The translations under genes and the position numbers were made by a program. Of a stretch of DNA of 64,000 nt, positions 9,112 through 20,946 are shown one piece after another. The notes below the pieces were generated by a model, which had not been told where the DNA came from, did no database searches, and was given only the letters and a program-made list of their open reading frames with translations. This DNA comes from Opitutales bacterium (GTDB lineage Bacteria > Verrucomicrobiota > Verrucomicrobiia > Opitutales > Coraliomargaritaceae). Location: positions 32,001 through 96,000 of the forward strand of contig JBMYNR010000001.1 in the NCBI GenBank assembly GCA_049598495.1, read 5' to 3'. The first letter of the stretch is position 1; the number at the start of each line of letters is the position of its first letter.

Positions 9112-10922
9112 GCTCTGACGAAGTAACCAATGCAGGCCCATCCGAGGGCGATCTATCTGAGGCGCAAGTGCCCAAGAAGCGCGCGACCAGGAAGGCCGCA
9201 AAGAAGGCCACCAAGAAGCGGGTCGCGAAGAAAGCCGCTGGATCCACCGAGGTCGATGCCTTTACGCCTGGAGAGATCTCTTCTGAGCAGGGCGGTGGGG
9301 ATGACGAGGTGACTTTCAGTGCAGATATCAAAGTGGATGATGTTGATGAGAGTCCTTCGACGGAAGGGGGCGATGCTGAGACCAAGCCTGATGACGAGAG
9401 CTCGAAGGAGCAGGGTGTCGGTTCCGGCAACAAGCAGAAGCACCCACAGAACCAGCAAAAGGGCGGCAACAAGTTTAAGAATAAAAATAACAATAAACGA
9501 AAGCGCGGTAAGAATAACCGCTGGCAGAACAAAAAGCAGCGCACTCGAGAAGAGGAAACGCCGATAGAGTTTGGTGAACTCCTTGATTGGGAGCTTCTTG
9601 AAAGCCGTGAGGAGATTCTCGCCTTGGCCAACGAGCTGAAATCAGGTGGTGGCGAGCCGCTTGATTACTGCCGGATTTATGAGATGCAGTTGCCGGAACT
9701 TCGTCAGGAGGTGGAGTCGCTCCAGATCGAGACCGTCCACGCGCCAAACCGGGATGCTCTGATCAACTCGATCGTGTCCTACGCCGCCGAAAAGAAGGCG
9801 GCGATTATCACCTCCGGAGTGCTCGAGATTCTCGACGATGGTGCCGGCGGATTACTGGTTTATGAGCGTGATAGCTATCGTGTGAAAGCTCTCAGTGCCT
9901 ATGTGCCGCAGGCTTTCATTGAGTATTATGGCCTGCAGCGCGGCCATATCGTGAAAGCCCAACTCCATCCGCACAGGGACGGGGAGTCCTGCCCAATTGT
10001 TGTCAGCATTGAAGCGGTCATGGGCCAGGATCCCGAGACCTTGGGCGAGATTGTTCCCTTTACCGAGCGGGTGCCCTATTACCCGACCTCCCGAATCCTC
10101 ATGGAAGCGGATTCCGAGGCGAAGTGGGATAATCTATCGATGCGCGTCGTGGATTGCCTGACTCCGGTCGGGTTCGGTCAGCGTGGCCTGATCGTGGCAC
10201 CACCCCGGACGGGTAAAACTGTTCTCATGCAGGGCATGGCGAATTCAATTCAGAAGAATTATCCGGATGCTCATTTGATCATTCTGCTTATTGATGAGCG
10301 CCCTGAGGAAGTGACTGACTTTCGCCGTCAGGTTTCGGGTGAGGTAATTAGTTCGACCTTTGATGAGTCGGCCGAGAGTCACGTCCATGCGGCAGAAATG
10401 GTGATTGAAAAGGCGCGGCGCATGGTCGAAGTGGGTGAGGATGTGGTCATTCTCCTGGACTCGATTACTCGACTGGCGCGGGCATATAACACGACGATGC
10501 CGAGCAGTGGTAAGATTCTATCCGGTGGGGTCGAAGCCAACGCCCTGCAAAAGCCCAAGCGCTTCTTCGGTTCGGCACGCAACATCGAAGATGGAGGCAG
10601 TCTCACTATTATTGCCACTGCGCTGGTCGAAACGGGCAGCAAAATGGACGAGGTGATCTTTGAGGAGTTTAAGGGTACTGGTAATATGGAGCTTCACCTT
10701 GACAGAGGCCTCTCCGACAAGCGTATCTTCCCTGCGCTCAGTATGGACAAGAGCGGCACACGGAAGGAAGAACTACTATACCATCCGGATGAAATGCAAA
10801 AAATTTATTCATTGCGCAGAGCGATGAAAGGTCTACCGTCAACAGATGCTATGGAAATGCTGATCCAACGCATCAAGAAGACGTCAACCAACGCTGAATT
10901 CCTGATGAGTGTCGCTCGGTAA
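9108..10922 (+). CDS. rho: Transcription termination factor Rho with a long N-terminal extension
   Basis: [59 protein letters not shown]. Confidence 0.98.
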   Translation: MSSDEVTNAGPSEGDLSEAQVPKKRATRKAAKKATKKRVAKKAAGSTEVDAFTPGEISSEQGGGDDEVTFSADIKVDDVDESPSTEGGDAETKPDDESSKEQGVGSGNKQKHPQNQQKGGNKFKNKNNNKRKRGKNNRWQNKKQRTREEETPIEFGELLDWELLESREEILALANELKSGGGEPLDYCRIYEMQLPELRQEVESLQIETVHAPNRDALINSIVSYAAEKKAAIITSGVLEILDDGAGGLLVYERDSYRVKALSAYVPQAFIEYYGLQRGHIVKAQLHPHRDGESCPIVVSIEAVMGQDPETLGEIVPFTERVPYYPTSRILMEADSEAKWDNLSMRVVDCLTPVGFGQRGLIVAPPRTGKTVLMQGMANSIQKNYPDAHLIILLIDERPEEVTDFRRQVSGEVISSTFDESAESHVHAAEMVIEKARRMVEVGEDVVILLDSITRLARAYNTTMPSSGKILSGGVEANALQKPKRFFGSARNIEDGGSLTIIATALVETGSKMDEVIFEEFKGTGNMELHLDRGLSDKRIFPALSMDKSGTRKEELLYHPDEMQKIYSLRRAMKGLPSTDAMEMLIQRIKKTSTNAEFLMSVAR

Positions 10923-10967
10923 TTATCCTCCCGCCGCTCCCGCTCCCGCTCCAATAAGCTTTCATTT

Positions 10968-12689
10968 GTGACCTCAGCCGACGAGTTTGTTCTCCAGTTA
11001 CTCACCGACAAAAGTCTGCTTGATGAAAGCGTCATAGAGTCGACTCGAGCCAAAGTTAACCAGGCTGGTTTTGAAGCTAGCGAAGATACGGCTATTCTTG
11101 AGTCGCTCGTGGCGGAGCATATTATCTCCCAGCAATTGATTGCCGACGTTCTCGCGGAAGAGTTCAATATGGAGACCGTCGATTTGGCGGATACCCGAGT
11201 CTCCTCGGAAGCATTGGCTGTGCTGCCCTACGAGCTGGCGAGCCGCTATAAGGTGATTCCACTTGAAGCGGATGATAGCGAGGTGGAGCTCGCGGTCGCC
11301 GATCCGCTCGATATGGATGCGATCGATAGCATCAGTCACGTAATCAAACGCTCCATCGTTAGTCGCGTCGCTCCACTCGAAGAGATTGAGAAGGCGATCC
11401 ACCAGTACTATGAGGGCGCCAAGGTGAGCGAGGTCGACGACATCTTTTCTGAAGTGGAAGATCCCGATGCGCTGCCGACTCAGATCGATCTGCCATCTGT
11501 AGATGATGTCAATGAAGAGGAGGCGCCGATCATAAAGTATGTTCATATGGTGATTTCGGAAGCGCTCAAGCGTCGTGCATCCGATATTCACATGGAGCCC
11601 TTGGAGCAGCGCTTTCGTGTGCGCTACCGGATCGATGGTGTTTTGCATGAGGTAGAGAACCCACCCAAGCGCCTGCAGCCTTCCATCGTTTCCCGAATAA
11701 AGCTGATGTCGGATGTGAGCATCGCAGAGAAGCGTGTGCCGCAGGATGGTCGTATCAATATCAAGGTAGGCGCGAAGATCATCGACTTGCGTGTTTCGAC
11801 ACTCCCAACGGCATTTGGTGAGAGTATTGTGATGCGGATTCTTGATAAGGAGAGTCTCCGCCTTGGACTGCCAGAGTTGGGTTTCTTTAGCGACGATCAG
11901 GCAACCTTCGAGCGTATTATTGCTTTGCCGGACGGCGTCTTCCTTGTGACGGGCCCGACGGGCTCGGGTAAATCGACGACTTTGTATTCGGCACTTAACT
12001 ACATTAATCACCCTGACCGTAAGATTATTACGGTTGAGGACCCGGTTGAGTACGAGATGGCTGGTGTGAATCAGGTTCAAGTTCGCCGCGAGGTGGGTAT
12101 GACTTTCGCTGCTGCGCTGCGTTCAATGCTTCGTCAAGCGCCCAATATTATTATGGTTGGGGAAATTCGTGACAAAGAAACCGCCGAGATTGCGATCAAT
12201 GCGGCGCTGACCGGCCACATGGTTTTTAGTACACTCCACACGAACGACGCGCCGAGCGCGGTTAGTCGTTTGATTGATATCGGAATTAAGCCCTTCCTTG
12301 TTGCAGCTGCTGTGCGTGCCGTTCTTGCTCAGCGTCTTGTTAGGAGAAACTGCCCGCATTGTCGAGAAGCCTGTGAGCACGACGAGAAGCTCCTCAACTC
12401 ACTGGGTATCCGTCCGGACCAGATGACGGACGCTTCCTTTATGAAAGGAGAAGGCTGCCTGAAGTGTAATGGTACCGGTTTTCGAGGCCGCGTGGGTATT
12501 TTTGAAATGTTCAATGTGAACGAGGAGCTGCAGCAGATGATTTATGAGGAAGCCAGCCTGGTTGCCCTTCGCGATAAGGCGCGTGAAATGGGTATGCGCA
12601 ATATGCGTGAGGACGGGATACGCAAGGTTATCGCCGGGGTGACGACACCACAGGAGGTGCTGCATGCGACGGTCTCCGGTTCTCTTTAA
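10968..12689 (+). CDS. Type IV pilus / T2SS assembly ATPase (PilB/GspE family), paralog 1
   Basis: N-terminal domain, [36 protein letters not shown], tetracysteine motif CPHC...CLKC. Confidence 0.93.
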   Translation: MTSADEFVLQLLTDKSLLDESVIESTRAKVNQAGFEASEDTAILESLVAEHIISQQLIADVLAEEFNMETVDLADTRVSSEALAVLPYELASRYKVIPLEADDSEVELAVADPLDMDAIDSISHVIKRSIVSRVAPLEEIEKAIHQYYEGAKVSEVDDIFSEVEDPDALPTQIDLPSVDDVNEEEAPIIKYVHMVISEALKRRASDIHMEPLEQRFRVRYRIDGVLHEVENPPKRLQPSIVSRIKLMSDVSIAEKRVPQDGRINIKVGAKIIDLRVSTLPTAFGESIVMRILDKESLRLGLPELGFFSDDQATFERIIALPDGVFLVTGPTGSGKSTTLYSALNYINHPDRKIITVEDPVEYEMAGVNQVQVRREVGMTFAAALRSMLRQAPNIIMVGEIRDKETAEIAINAALTGHMVFSTLHTNDAPSAVSRLIDIGIKPFLVAAAVRAVLAQRLVRRNCPHCREACEHDEKLLNSLGIRPDQMTDASFMKGEGCLKCNGTGFRGRVGIFEMFNVNEELQQMIYEEASLVALRDKAREMGMRNMREDGIRKVIAGVTTPQEVLHATVSGSL

Positions 12690-12721
12690 TCTCAAATAGA
12701 AAACGATTTTATAAAGTTACG

Positions 12722-13801
12722 ATGAGCTACGAAATGAATGATCTTCTGGAGTTGATGGTCGATCAGGGCGCATCGGATCTTCATATCCAGGTCAATCAAC
12801 CGCCCACGCTACGAATCAGCGGGACCATGGTTCCGGTCGATGGACCGAAGCTCACGCCTCAGGACTCGGAGGATCTTATGAAGGCGATTACATCCACCTC
12901 TCACCGGGAGCAGTTGCAGTCGCGGGGTGGTGCGGATTTCGGGTTTGCCTATGAGGATCGGGCTCGTTTTCGGGTGAGTGTTCTTCGGGCAAAAGGAGCG
13001 TATGGGATGGTGCTTCGACAAATCCCGAATGAACTCTTCACTCTTTCCGAAATTGGTCTCCCGGATAAGATCAAGGAGTTGATTAGTCGGCCTCGCGGTC
13101 TCATTCTTGTAACCGGCCCCACCGGTTCGGGTAAATCCACTACTTTGGCCTCAATGATCAATTGGATCAACGAGAACCGTGATGGGCATATCATTACGAT
13201 AGAAGATCCGATTGAATACTTTCATGACCATAAGAAGTGTATCGTCACCCAACGTGAAGTCGGGAGCGATGTTGCCTCCTTTGCCGATGCGATCCGCGGT
13301 GCTCTACGCCAGGACCCCGACGTGATTCTGGTTGGTGAAATGCGCGACCTCGAGACGATTGAAGCTGCAGTCGGAGCTGCCGAGACAGGACACCTCGTAT
13401 TTGCTACCCTGCACACGACTGGCGCTGCGCGCACGGTGGATCGAATTGTTGATGCGTTCTCCGCAGACATGAAAGATCAGATACGTACGCAGTTGGCTTC
13501 ATCCATTGTTGCCGTGATCTCCCAAGTGCTCTGCAAAAAGACGGGTGGTGGCCGGATCGCGTCCTTTGAAATTATGATCACAACGACATCGATCGCCCAG
13601 TTGATCCGTGAGAATAAGACCTACCGAATCGCGTCGGATATCCAAACCGGTGTCGGTCTTGGTATGATCAGTCTGGATGCTCATCTAACCAATCTTTATC
13701 GGAAAAACCTCATTTCAGCAGACGAAGCACTCTCAAAATCTCAGAATCCGAGCCTGCTGCGAGAAAAACTGTTGGAGAGCGGTGCCGTCTTTTCCGAATG
13801 A
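12722..13801 (+). CDS. pilT: Pilus retraction ATPase PilT
   Basis: [54 protein letters not shown]-like SIAQLIRE. Confidence 0.93.
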   Translation: MSYEMNDLLELMVDQGASDLHIQVNQPPTLRISGTMVPVDGPKLTPQDSEDLMKAITSTSHREQLQSRGGADFGFAYEDRARFRVSVLRAKGAYGMVLRQIPNELFTLSEIGLPDKIKELISRPRGLILVTGPTGSGKSTTLASMINWINENRDGHIITIEDPIEYFHDHKKCIVTQREVGSDVASFADAIRGALRQDPDVILVGEMRDLETIEAAVGAAETGHLVFATLHTTGAARTVDRIVDAFSADMKDQIRTQLASSIVAVISQVLCKKTGGGRIASFEIMITTTSIAQLIRENKTYRIASDIQTGVGLGMISLDAHLTNLYRKNLISADEALSKSQNPSLLREKLLESGAVFSE

Positions 13802-13842
13802 GCCGTATTTTGTGCCCCACCTCTGATTAGAAGTATACTTGA

Positions 13843-15534
13843 ATGTTCGAAGATCATAACGATACAGTCTACGAAATTATCAAAGGCGCGGATCTGATGG
13901 ATGTTGCGCAACTGGATGAGATAAACGAGTCCCATCTTAAAACCGGTAAGTCATTGGCTGATGCGGTCATCGACTCCGGAGTGGTCGAGCGCAATCAGAT
14001 ACTGGAGGCGATCGCTGAGTATCTGGGTTATGAGTTTCTGGCCAGTCCGCCGCACAAAGTTGCGGAGGAAATTTCCTCTACGGTTCGAGCGAATGTTGCT
14101 CGAATGTATGCGGTGGTTCCCTTTAAGGTGGATGATACTTCCGTCGAGCTGCTGGCACAGGATCCCTTCAATCCGGCAATTATCGACGACCTCACCTTTA
14201 CGCTTAATAAGGATATTACGATTGTCGTTTGTGATCCCGAGCACATCGACACATTGCTCATCAATACCTATGGCGAAGAGGATGCCTCGATTGATGATAT
14301 CCTTGGGGATATCGGTGAGGGCTTCGCGGATGGGGGTGAGCAGGAGCTATCCGAGGGGGATCTTACGGATCTGGCGAACCAGACGCCGATTATCCGCTTT
14401 GTAAATCTGGTGCTTCAGCAGGCGATTAAAGATAAAGCTTCTGATATCCATTTTGAGCCATTCGAAGATCAGTTTCGTATTCGTTATCGCATCGACGGTG
14501 CACTTTACGAGATGGCGCCACCGCCGAAAAATCTCGCGGTTCCGGTGACTTCGCGTGTGAAAGTGCTCTCCAATATGAACATATCAGAGACTCGAATCCC
14601 CCAGGACGGCCGGATCAAGATGACCATTGCTGGGCGCCCGGTTGATTTGCGGGTTTCGACCCTGCCCACCCAATTTGGTGAATCGGTGGTATTACGGGTT
14701 CTCGATAAATCTGTGGTCAATCTCGATCTCGAGGCCCTCAGTTTGCCGGATGATATTCTGCAGACAATTCGTGGTCTCGTCGACCGCCCGAATGGGATCT
14801 TTATTGTTACCGGTCCAACGGGATCAGGTAAAACAACGACGCTTTATAGTGCGCTTCGTGAGGTCAATGATGTTGAGACCAAGATTCTTACAGCAGAAGA
14901 TCCGGTCGAATATGAGATCGACGGCATTATGCAGGTTGCGGTTAATCATCAGGTCGGGCTGGATTTCGCCCGGGCGCTCCGTGCATTCCTCCGTCAGGAT
15001 CCCGATAAGATCATGGTCGGTGAGATACGTGACCTCGAAACTGCACAGATTGCGGTGCAGGCCTCACTGACCGGGCACGTGGTCTTAAGTACGCTCCACA
15101 CGAATGATGCGCCCGGTGCGGTCACTCGACTGATCGATATGGGGCTCGAGCCTTTTCTGATCTCCGCCTCGCTTGAAGCGATTCTTGCGCAGCGTCTGGT
15201 TCGTCGCATCTGTAAGCATTGCCGCACCGCTTACGAACCGGGGCACGACCTTGTGGAGTTGCTCGATGTGGACCCGCTCGAAATTGCGGACAAGGATTTC
15301 TACTATGGAGAAGGCTGTTCAGAATGTAGCAACACAGGCTACCGTGGCCGGATCGGGCTTTTCGAAATGATCGTGGTCTCCGATGCGATTCGCGAACTAA
15401 TCAATCAGCGTGCGCCCACCCTGACCATAAAGCAGAAGGCCCTTGAACAGGGTATGCGAAGCTTGCGTGACGATGGTTTGCGTGCAATTTTCGACGGTAA
15501 TTCCACCATAGAAGAAGTTCTCAAATATACCTAA
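13843..15534 (+). CDS. Type IV pilus / T2SS assembly ATPase (PilB/GspE family), paralog 2
   Basis: [32 protein letters not shown]...CSEC. Confidence 0.93.
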   Translation: MFEDHNDTVYEIIKGADLMDVAQLDEINESHLKTGKSLADAVIDSGVVERNQILEAIAEYLGYEFLASPPHKVAEEISSTVRANVARMYAVVPFKVDDTSVELLAQDPFNPAIIDDLTFTLNKDITIVVCDPEHIDTLLINTYGEEDASIDDILGDIGEGFADGGEQELSEGDLTDLANQTPIIRFVNLVLQQAIKDKASDIHFEPFEDQFRIRYRIDGALYEMAPPPKNLAVPVTSRVKVLSNMNISETRIPQDGRIKMTIAGRPVDLRVSTLPTQFGESVVLRVLDKSVVNLDLEALSLPDDILQTIRGLVDRPNGIFIVTGPTGSGKTTTLYSALREVNDVETKILTAEDPVEYEIDGIMQVAVNHQVGLDFARALRAFLRQDPDKIMVGEIRDLETAQIAVQASLTGHVVLSTLHTNDAPGAVTRLIDMGLEPFLISASLEAILAQRLVRRICKHCRTAYEPGHDLVELLDVDPLEIADKDFYYGEGCSECSNTGYRGRIGLFEMIVVSDAIRELINQRAPTLTIKQKALEQGMRSLRDDGLRAIFDGNSTIEEVLKYT

Positions 15535-15541
15535 AATCCTC

Positions 15542-16795
15542 ATGGCAAAATTCAAATATACGGCGATTGACGCCAACGGAAAGCAGAAGACCGGCGCTGT
15601 CGAAGCAGCCAATCGGGACGAAGCCAGTTCGAAGCTAAGCGCCGCGGGTCTGATGCCTACGAAAATTGTGGATGCGGGCGGCAGTTCGCCGAGAAAAACC
15701 GCCTCCAGCGTGGGAGGCAAAAAGTCGAAGAAAGTCGGCGGCTTCGGTAAGGTCATTAAACCCGAGGAGTTGACGACTTTTACCCGTCAGCTCGCCACAC
15801 TACTCGATGCAGGCCTACCTCTACTTCGTGCTCTGGAGGTCATGATCCGTCAGGAAAAGAACCTGCGCTTTAAGGGAGTTCTCGAGCAGATTGCGGATCA
15901 GGTGAAGTCGGGTAATCCTTTCTCCGACGGTCTCTCGCAGCACCCCAAGATTTTCGACCGCCTTTATGTAAATATGGTGCGCGCAGGCGAGGCCGGGGGT
16001 GTGCTCGAAGTGGTTCTTTCCCGTCTCGCCGGCTTCATGGAAAAAGCCCTCAAAACCAAGAAGAAGGTGAAATCGGCCATGGTTTATCCGATTGTTGTTG
16101 TCGGTGTGGCCATCTCCATCGTTGCTCTTCTGATGGTTGTTGTGGTCCCGAAGTTTCAGACCATTTTTGACGATATGCTCGAAGGTGCGGCATTGCCCGG
16201 CCCCACCCAGTTCGTGGTTGGAGTCAGTAACTTCATGCGCGAGAACATTGTCCTGACCATGATCATTATTGTGGTCGCGATCGTGGGCTTCAAATTTCTC
16301 CTCAAGACGCCCTTTGGCTCAAAAGCCTTTAACTGGTGTTCCATTAATCTGCCGAAAGTGGGCGACCTTGTCCGCAAGGTGAATATTGCCCGAATTACTC
16401 GGACCTTTGGTACGCTTCTCTCCAGTGGGGTGCCCATTCTTCAGTCGATCACGATCACGAAGGATATTACGGGGAACAAGTTCTACGAAAACGCCCTTAG
16501 TCGTATCCATGATGCTGTTCGAGACGGTGAGTCGCTGGCCAAACCTATGGAGCGTGAAAGCGTGTTTCCGAACATGGTGACCAGTATGGTTGATGTCGGT
16601 GAAGAAACCGGTGAGCTTGCCGAGATGCTTAATCGTGTGGCAGATAATTACGACGAGGATGTCGACAATGCCGTGGCCGGGATCACGTCGATCATTGAGC
16701 CGGTCATGATTGTTTTCCTTGCGGTTGTGGTCGGTTTTATCGTTATCGCGCTCTTCCTGCCCATTGTTGAAATCATCAAACAGCTGACTGGTTGA
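15542..16795 (+). CDS. pilC: Inner-membrane platform protein PilC/GspF
   Basis: [40 protein letters not shown]. Confidence 0.93.
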   Translation: MAKFKYTAIDANGKQKTGAVEAANRDEASSKLSAAGLMPTKIVDAGGSSPRKTASSVGGKKSKKVGGFGKVIKPEELTTFTRQLATLLDAGLPLLRALEVMIRQEKNLRFKGVLEQIADQVKSGNPFSDGLSQHPKIFDRLYVNMVRAGEAGGVLEVVLSRLAGFMEKALKTKKKVKSAMVYPIVVVGVAISIVALLMVVVVPKFQTIFDDMLEGAALPGPTQFVVGVSNFMRENIVLTMIIIVVAIVGFKFLLKTPFGSKAFNWCSINLPKVGDLVRKVNIARITRTFGTLLSSGVPILQSITITKDITGNKFYENALSRIHDAVRDGESLAKPMERESVFPNMVTSMVDVGEETGELAEMLNRVADNYDEDVDNAVAGITSIIEPVMIVFLAVVVGFIVIALFLPIVEIIKQLTG

Positions 16796-16820
16796 TCTGC
16801 TTGGATGCCTATTTCATCGC

Positions 16821-16858
16821 AAGCCCGCAGTCGCCATCCGCCTGCGGGCTTTTATTTT
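16821..16858 (+). terminator. Intrinsic terminator after pilC
   Basis: AAGCCCGCAG...CTGCGGGCTT followed by TTATTTT. Confidence 0.7.
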
Positions 16859-16913
16859 CTGGCTTGAAAGCCGCCGCTTGAGCCGCACTTTCCCAGTCTT
16901 TCCAATTTTTGTA

Positions 16914-19652
16914 ATGTCCGAGATCGCCAAAGCTTACGAACCCAAGGAAGTTGAACACCGCTGGTATGCCAACTGGCTCGAGGCTGGATGCTTTAAAGCG
17001 GTCGCTGATAAGGAGCGGGAGCCCTACGCCATAATGATTCCGCCACCCAATGTGACGGGGATGCTGCACATGGGCCATGTTCTGGACAATACCCTGCAGG
17101 ATATTTTCGTGCGTCGTGCACGTCTTGAAGGTAAATCTGTGCTTTGGCAGCCGGGCACAGATCACGCGGGTATCGCCACCCAAACAAAGGTCGAAAAGCA
17201 AGTTCGTGAAGCGACTGGCCAGAGCAAGTATGATCTTGGTCGTGAGGGTTTTCTAGAAAAGGTCTGGAAGTTCCGAGAAGCGTCCGGTGGTGTGATTCTG
17301 AACCAGCTCCAAAAACTGGGAGCCTCCTGCGATTGGGGTCGTACCAGTTTCACGCTCGACGATCACTATTCGGAAGCGGTTTTGACTGCCTTTGTGAGGC
17401 TCTATGAGCGGGGGTATATTTACCGTGGAAAGCGCATGGTCAATTGGTGCCCGGCGACCCATACGGCGATTTCGGACGAGGAAGTAAACATGAAGCCCCA
17501 GAACGGTTTCTTTTACAAAATGCGCTACGAACTTGTTGAGGCTGATGGCGAGCGGACACACCTGGAAATCTCGACGACGCGCCCGGAAACACTGATGGGC
17601 GACAGCGCTGTCGCCGTGCATCCTGAGGATGAGCGCTACAAACATCTCATTGGTAAAAGCGTCTGGCGTCCCTTCCCCAAGGCGGAGATTCCGATTATTG
17701 GTGATGAATATGTCGACCGTGAATTTGGGACCGGTTGCTTGAAGGTGACGCCCGCTCACGATAAGAACGACTTTGAGATTGGACAGCGCCACGGATTGGA
17801 ACTGATCGAGGTGATTGATGCCGAGGGACGCCTCAATACACTTGCGGGTGCGGATTTTGCCGGAATGGATCGTTTCGATGCACGTAAGATGGCTGCTAAG
17901 AAGCTTGAGGAGATGGGCCTGCTTATCGAACGTGAACCCTACGAGAACACGGTCGGTTTTTCCGAACGTGGCGATGTTCCCATTGAACCGCGGCTCTCCG
18001 AGCAGTGGTTCCTCAAATACCCGAAGGTTGAGGAGGCCAAGCGGGCGGTCGAAAAAGGGATCATTAAATTTCATCCGGATCGTTGGAAGAAGACCTATTT
18101 GCACTGGCTCAATGGTATTCAAGACTGGTGTATCAGTCGCCAGCTCTGGTGGGGGCACCGGATTCCTGTCTATTATAAGAAGGGTATCGACCGAGCCGAG
18201 ATTGATTTTCAAAACCCCGAGCATGTCCATGTTTCCGTCGCTGGTCCAGCCGACCCGGAGAATTGGGAACAGGAGGAAGACGTCCTCGATACATGGGCCT
18301 CTTCCTATCTCTGGCCTATGGCCAATCTCGGTTGGCCGAAGGCTACGCCCAAGCAACAAAAAGAGCAGGACTATTGGTATCCGACCTCTACCTTGGTCAC
18401 GGGCTTTGATATTATTTTCTTCTGGGTGGCCCGCATGATCATGGCCGGTCTCGAGCTTTACGGTGAGGATCAAAAGGAGCTCAAGGACGAAGAGATTGAA
18501 GCGCGTATTCCCTTTAAGAATATTTTTATCCATGGCCTAATCCGCGATGAGAAAGGGCGAAAGATGTCCAAGTCGCTCGGCAACTCGCCCGATCCGCTCG
18601 ATCTGATTGAGAAGTATGGTGCGGATGGGCTCCGCTTCGGTATTTGTAATATTGCACCGTCCGGCTCAGATATTCTATTTTCGGAAGAGCGTATCCAGAT
18701 TGGTCGTAATTTCTGCAATAAGCTCTGGAATGCGGCCCGTTTTCGTCAGATGTCCGGCCCCATGGCGGACAACTCCAGTTTTGAAGCGATCATCAGTCGG
18801 ATGAACCCGGATCTCTTTGATGACTACGATCATTGGATCCTTGGTAGACTCCAGCAAGTTACGGCCGAGTTGGAGAAGTGTTTCACTGATTACGAGATTG
18901 CGCCGCTCACACACCTGATCTATGCATTCTTCTGGGGTGATTTTTGTGACTGGTATGTCGAGGCCTCCAAAGGGAAGCTGAAGGGCGATGCCGAGCTGCG
19001 TGACAACTGCCTCGCGATCCAGGATCTCGTCATTCGCCAAGTGCTTCAACTGGCGAACCCGATTATTCCGCACATTACGGAGGAACTCTGGAATGGGCTC
19101 GGTTACGACGAAGTGGTGGCCTATATCCAGAACACGCCCATCGTCCCGACATCGACCCTCGAGGAACAGGTCCCAGTGGATCCCGGTGCGATCGAGCGAG
19201 TTTCCAATCTCCAGGAATTGATATCACAGGCCCGAGCGCTCAAGGCACAGTATAACCTCGCAAGTAAGCGTGATGTCGCTGTCTTCTTCGGTGCAGAGGG
19301 CAGCACGGCACAGGTTATTGAGGACAATGCTGCCCTTATTCGGACGCTGGCTGGTCTCGGCCGTCTCGAAGCAATCGGTGACAGGTCTGCAGATGGGCTG
19401 CCTGCTATCGTTACGCCGCTCGGATCGCTCTATCTCGATCTCAATAGTAGTATCGACCTAGAGGCCGAGAAAGTCCGGCTGTCCAAGGAACTGGAGAAGC
19501 TCAACAAGCTTGTTGCAGTCGGAGAGAATAAGCTGAAGAACCCGAAGTTTGTCGAGAGTGCTCCCGAAAAGGTGGTGGCTGGTGCGCGTAAGCAACTGGC
19601 AGAGACCACCGAGAAGCGAGACGAGACGCAGCGCATCCTCGATAGCCTGTAA
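16914..19652 (+). CDS. valS: Valine--tRNA ligase
   Basis: PPPNVTGMLHMGH, DHAGIATQ, DWCISRQLWWGH, KMSKS, C-terminal coiled coil. ATG at 16914. Confidence 0.98.
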   Translation: MSEIAKAYEPKEVEHRWYANWLEAGCFKAVADKEREPYAIMIPPPNVTGMLHMGHVLDNTLQDIFVRRARLEGKSVLWQPGTDHAGIATQTKVEKQVREATGQSKYDLGREGFLEKVWKFREASGGVILNQLQKLGASCDWGRTSFTLDDHYSEAVLTAFVRLYERGYIYRGKRMVNWCPATHTAISDEEVNMKPQNGFFYKMRYELVEADGERTHLEISTTRPETLMGDSAVAVHPEDERYKHLIGKSVWRPFPKAEIPIIGDEYVDREFGTGCLKVTPAHDKNDFEIGQRHGLELIEVIDAEGRLNTLAGADFAGMDRFDARKMAAKKLEEMGLLIEREPYENTVGFSERGDVPIEPRLSEQWFLKYPKVEEAKRAVEKGIIKFHPDRWKKTYLHWLNGIQDWCISRQLWWGHRIPVYYKKGIDRAEIDFQNPEHVHVSVAGPADPENWEQEEDVLDTWASSYLWPMANLGWPKATPKQQKEQDYWYPTSTLVTGFDIIFFWVARMIMAGLELYGEDQKELKDEEIEARIPFKNIFIHGLIRDEKGRKMSKSLGNSPDPLDLIEKYGADGLRFGICNIAPSGSDILFSEERIQIGRNFCNKLWNAARFRQMSGPMADNSSFEAIISRMNPDLFDDYDHWILGRLQQVTAELEKCFTDYEIAPLTHLIYAFFWGDFCDWYVEASKGKLKGDAELRDNCLAIQDLVIRQVLQLANPIIPHITEELWNGLGYDEVVAYIQNTPIVPTSTLEEQVPVDPGAIERVSNLQELISQARALKAQYNLASKRDVAVFFGAEGSTAQVIEDNAALIRTLAGLGRLEAIGDRSADGLPAIVTPLGSLYLDLNSSIDLEAEKVRLSKELEKLNKLVAVGENKLKNPKFVESAPEKVVAGARKQLAETTEKRDETQRILDSL

Positions 19653-20240
19653 AGTGGAAGGCAGAATCCGGGGATGACAGGCGCCCGTCTGGGTGCGAAT
19701 ACCGTTTCGATAAAGGATGTGTCGGACTTAGGAAGTCTTGCTCGCCGTTCCGAGTTGGCAAAAAGATCGGGTGCGACATGTCCGCCGTAGACTCCTCTCA
19801 TCCAAAGAATGGCTGGAGGACTTTTCCCTCCTTAAAGCGAGCATTTTTTAACTGCTCAATCTTCGCAAAAAACTGAGGGAGGACGACCCGGAATCCGGAT
19901 TTTAGTGTTCCTTTAGCGCGTTTTAGTGGTCCAAAAAGGCATCCGAGTGGTTCGGCTGTTTGGCGGACGCCGAGGACGGCGTCCCTCCAGGCCTTAGGAT
20001 GCGCGGGGCTTTGTTGGAGTTCGGCCTTTGTAGGCCATCTGCTTCCATATTTAGAAAGCTCTCAACCGCTATATCCGGCACGAGCAGCGAACTTGTGCCA
20101 GCAAGGTCGACGGACGAGCACCTCCGTCTGTTCGGAATCCTTCATACGTCGACGCGACTGGCGTCGCATCGCTACATCCGCCCGACGAACGTACGAAAGA
20201 TCCTTATCGAGGGATCGAAACAGAGTGTTGCCTTGCCATG
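19653..20240. repeat. Intergenic mosaic of palindromic repeats
   Basis: 19739-19790 is shared with 63363-63413. 19861-19937 is shared (inverted) with 61445-61520. Hairpin GGACGCCGAGGACGGCGTCCCTCC at about 19965 and REP arm GACGCGACTGGCGTCGCATCGCTAC at about 20151. Confidence 0.65.
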
Positions 20241-20346
20241 GTAAATTCTCTTCTGCGGGGTGAGGAGGTACGGCTTCTATCAGTCGTTATCTTTGATTCT
20301 TTAGCTTGAATTGACACGGGCTCGTGCATGTGTGTTGTATGCTTAC

Positions 20347-20913
20347 ATGCAGTTCATCGAAGATTTTACTCTGGTGCGCGACACAGAAGCGACGATCATC
20401 CCAGCAGGTGAATCGCATACATTAGTTGCCGGAACTCGTGCTAGCATATCTCAGGCGCTCGGAGGCACCGTTACGATTCGCACCGACTCCGGTTTGTTCC
20501 GTCTATCGAGCAAGGACTGGGATGCACTTGGTGCCGCGGCTCAGGCGCAACTCGATGAGGCGGCCAAGGCGGCCGAAACTTCGTTGGGCGATGCGCCCTT
20601 CAGTGAGGAACAAGTTTGGGAAGCCATGCGCGGTTGCTTTGATCCGGAGATACCGGTGAATATCGTCGACCTCGGCCTTATCTATGACCTGCAGATCTCC
20701 GAGCCCGATGCTGATGGGCGTCACGCAATCAAGGTAAAGATGACACTCACGGCTCAAGGCTGTGGCATGGGGCCTGTCATTGCGGAAGATGCTCGCAAGC
20801 ATATCGAGGCACTGGGCGGGGTTTCCAAGGCTCAGGTGGACATCGTCTGGGACCCGCCGTGGACGCCGCATATGATATCGGAAGCCGGGCGACAAAAGCT
20901 TGGCCTCGAATAG
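20347..20913 (+). CDS. sufT: Fe-S cluster assembly protein, SufT/PaaD (DUF59) family
   Basis: DPEIPVNIVDLGLIY, MTLTAQGCGMG, VWDPPWT, N-terminal SQALGG. Confidence 0.88.
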   Translation: MQFIEDFTLVRDTEATIIPAGESHTLVAGTRASISQALGGTVTIRTDSGLFRLSSKDWDALGAAAQAQLDEAAKAAETSLGDAPFSEEQVWEAMRGCFDPEIPVNIVDLGLIYDLQISEPDADGRHAIKVKMTLTAQGCGMGPVIAEDARKHIEALGGVSKAQVDIVWDPPWTPHMISEAGRQKLGLE

Positions 20914-20946
20914 ACGCCGCTTAACACGGTCGCTAATGGGCGCTTC

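Noticed and set aside
10998..12080. 360-aa antisense ORF within the first pilB paralog
   Set aside because: Shadow frame of a well-conserved gene, with no motifs of its own.
16809..18533. 130-aa and 426-aa antisense ORFs within valS
   Set aside because: Typical antisense shadows of a conserved synthetase.
20040..20240. Riboswitch or ncRNA upstream of sufT
   Set aside because: The hairpins are largely explained by REP-like arms, and no recognisable riboswitch consensus was seen.
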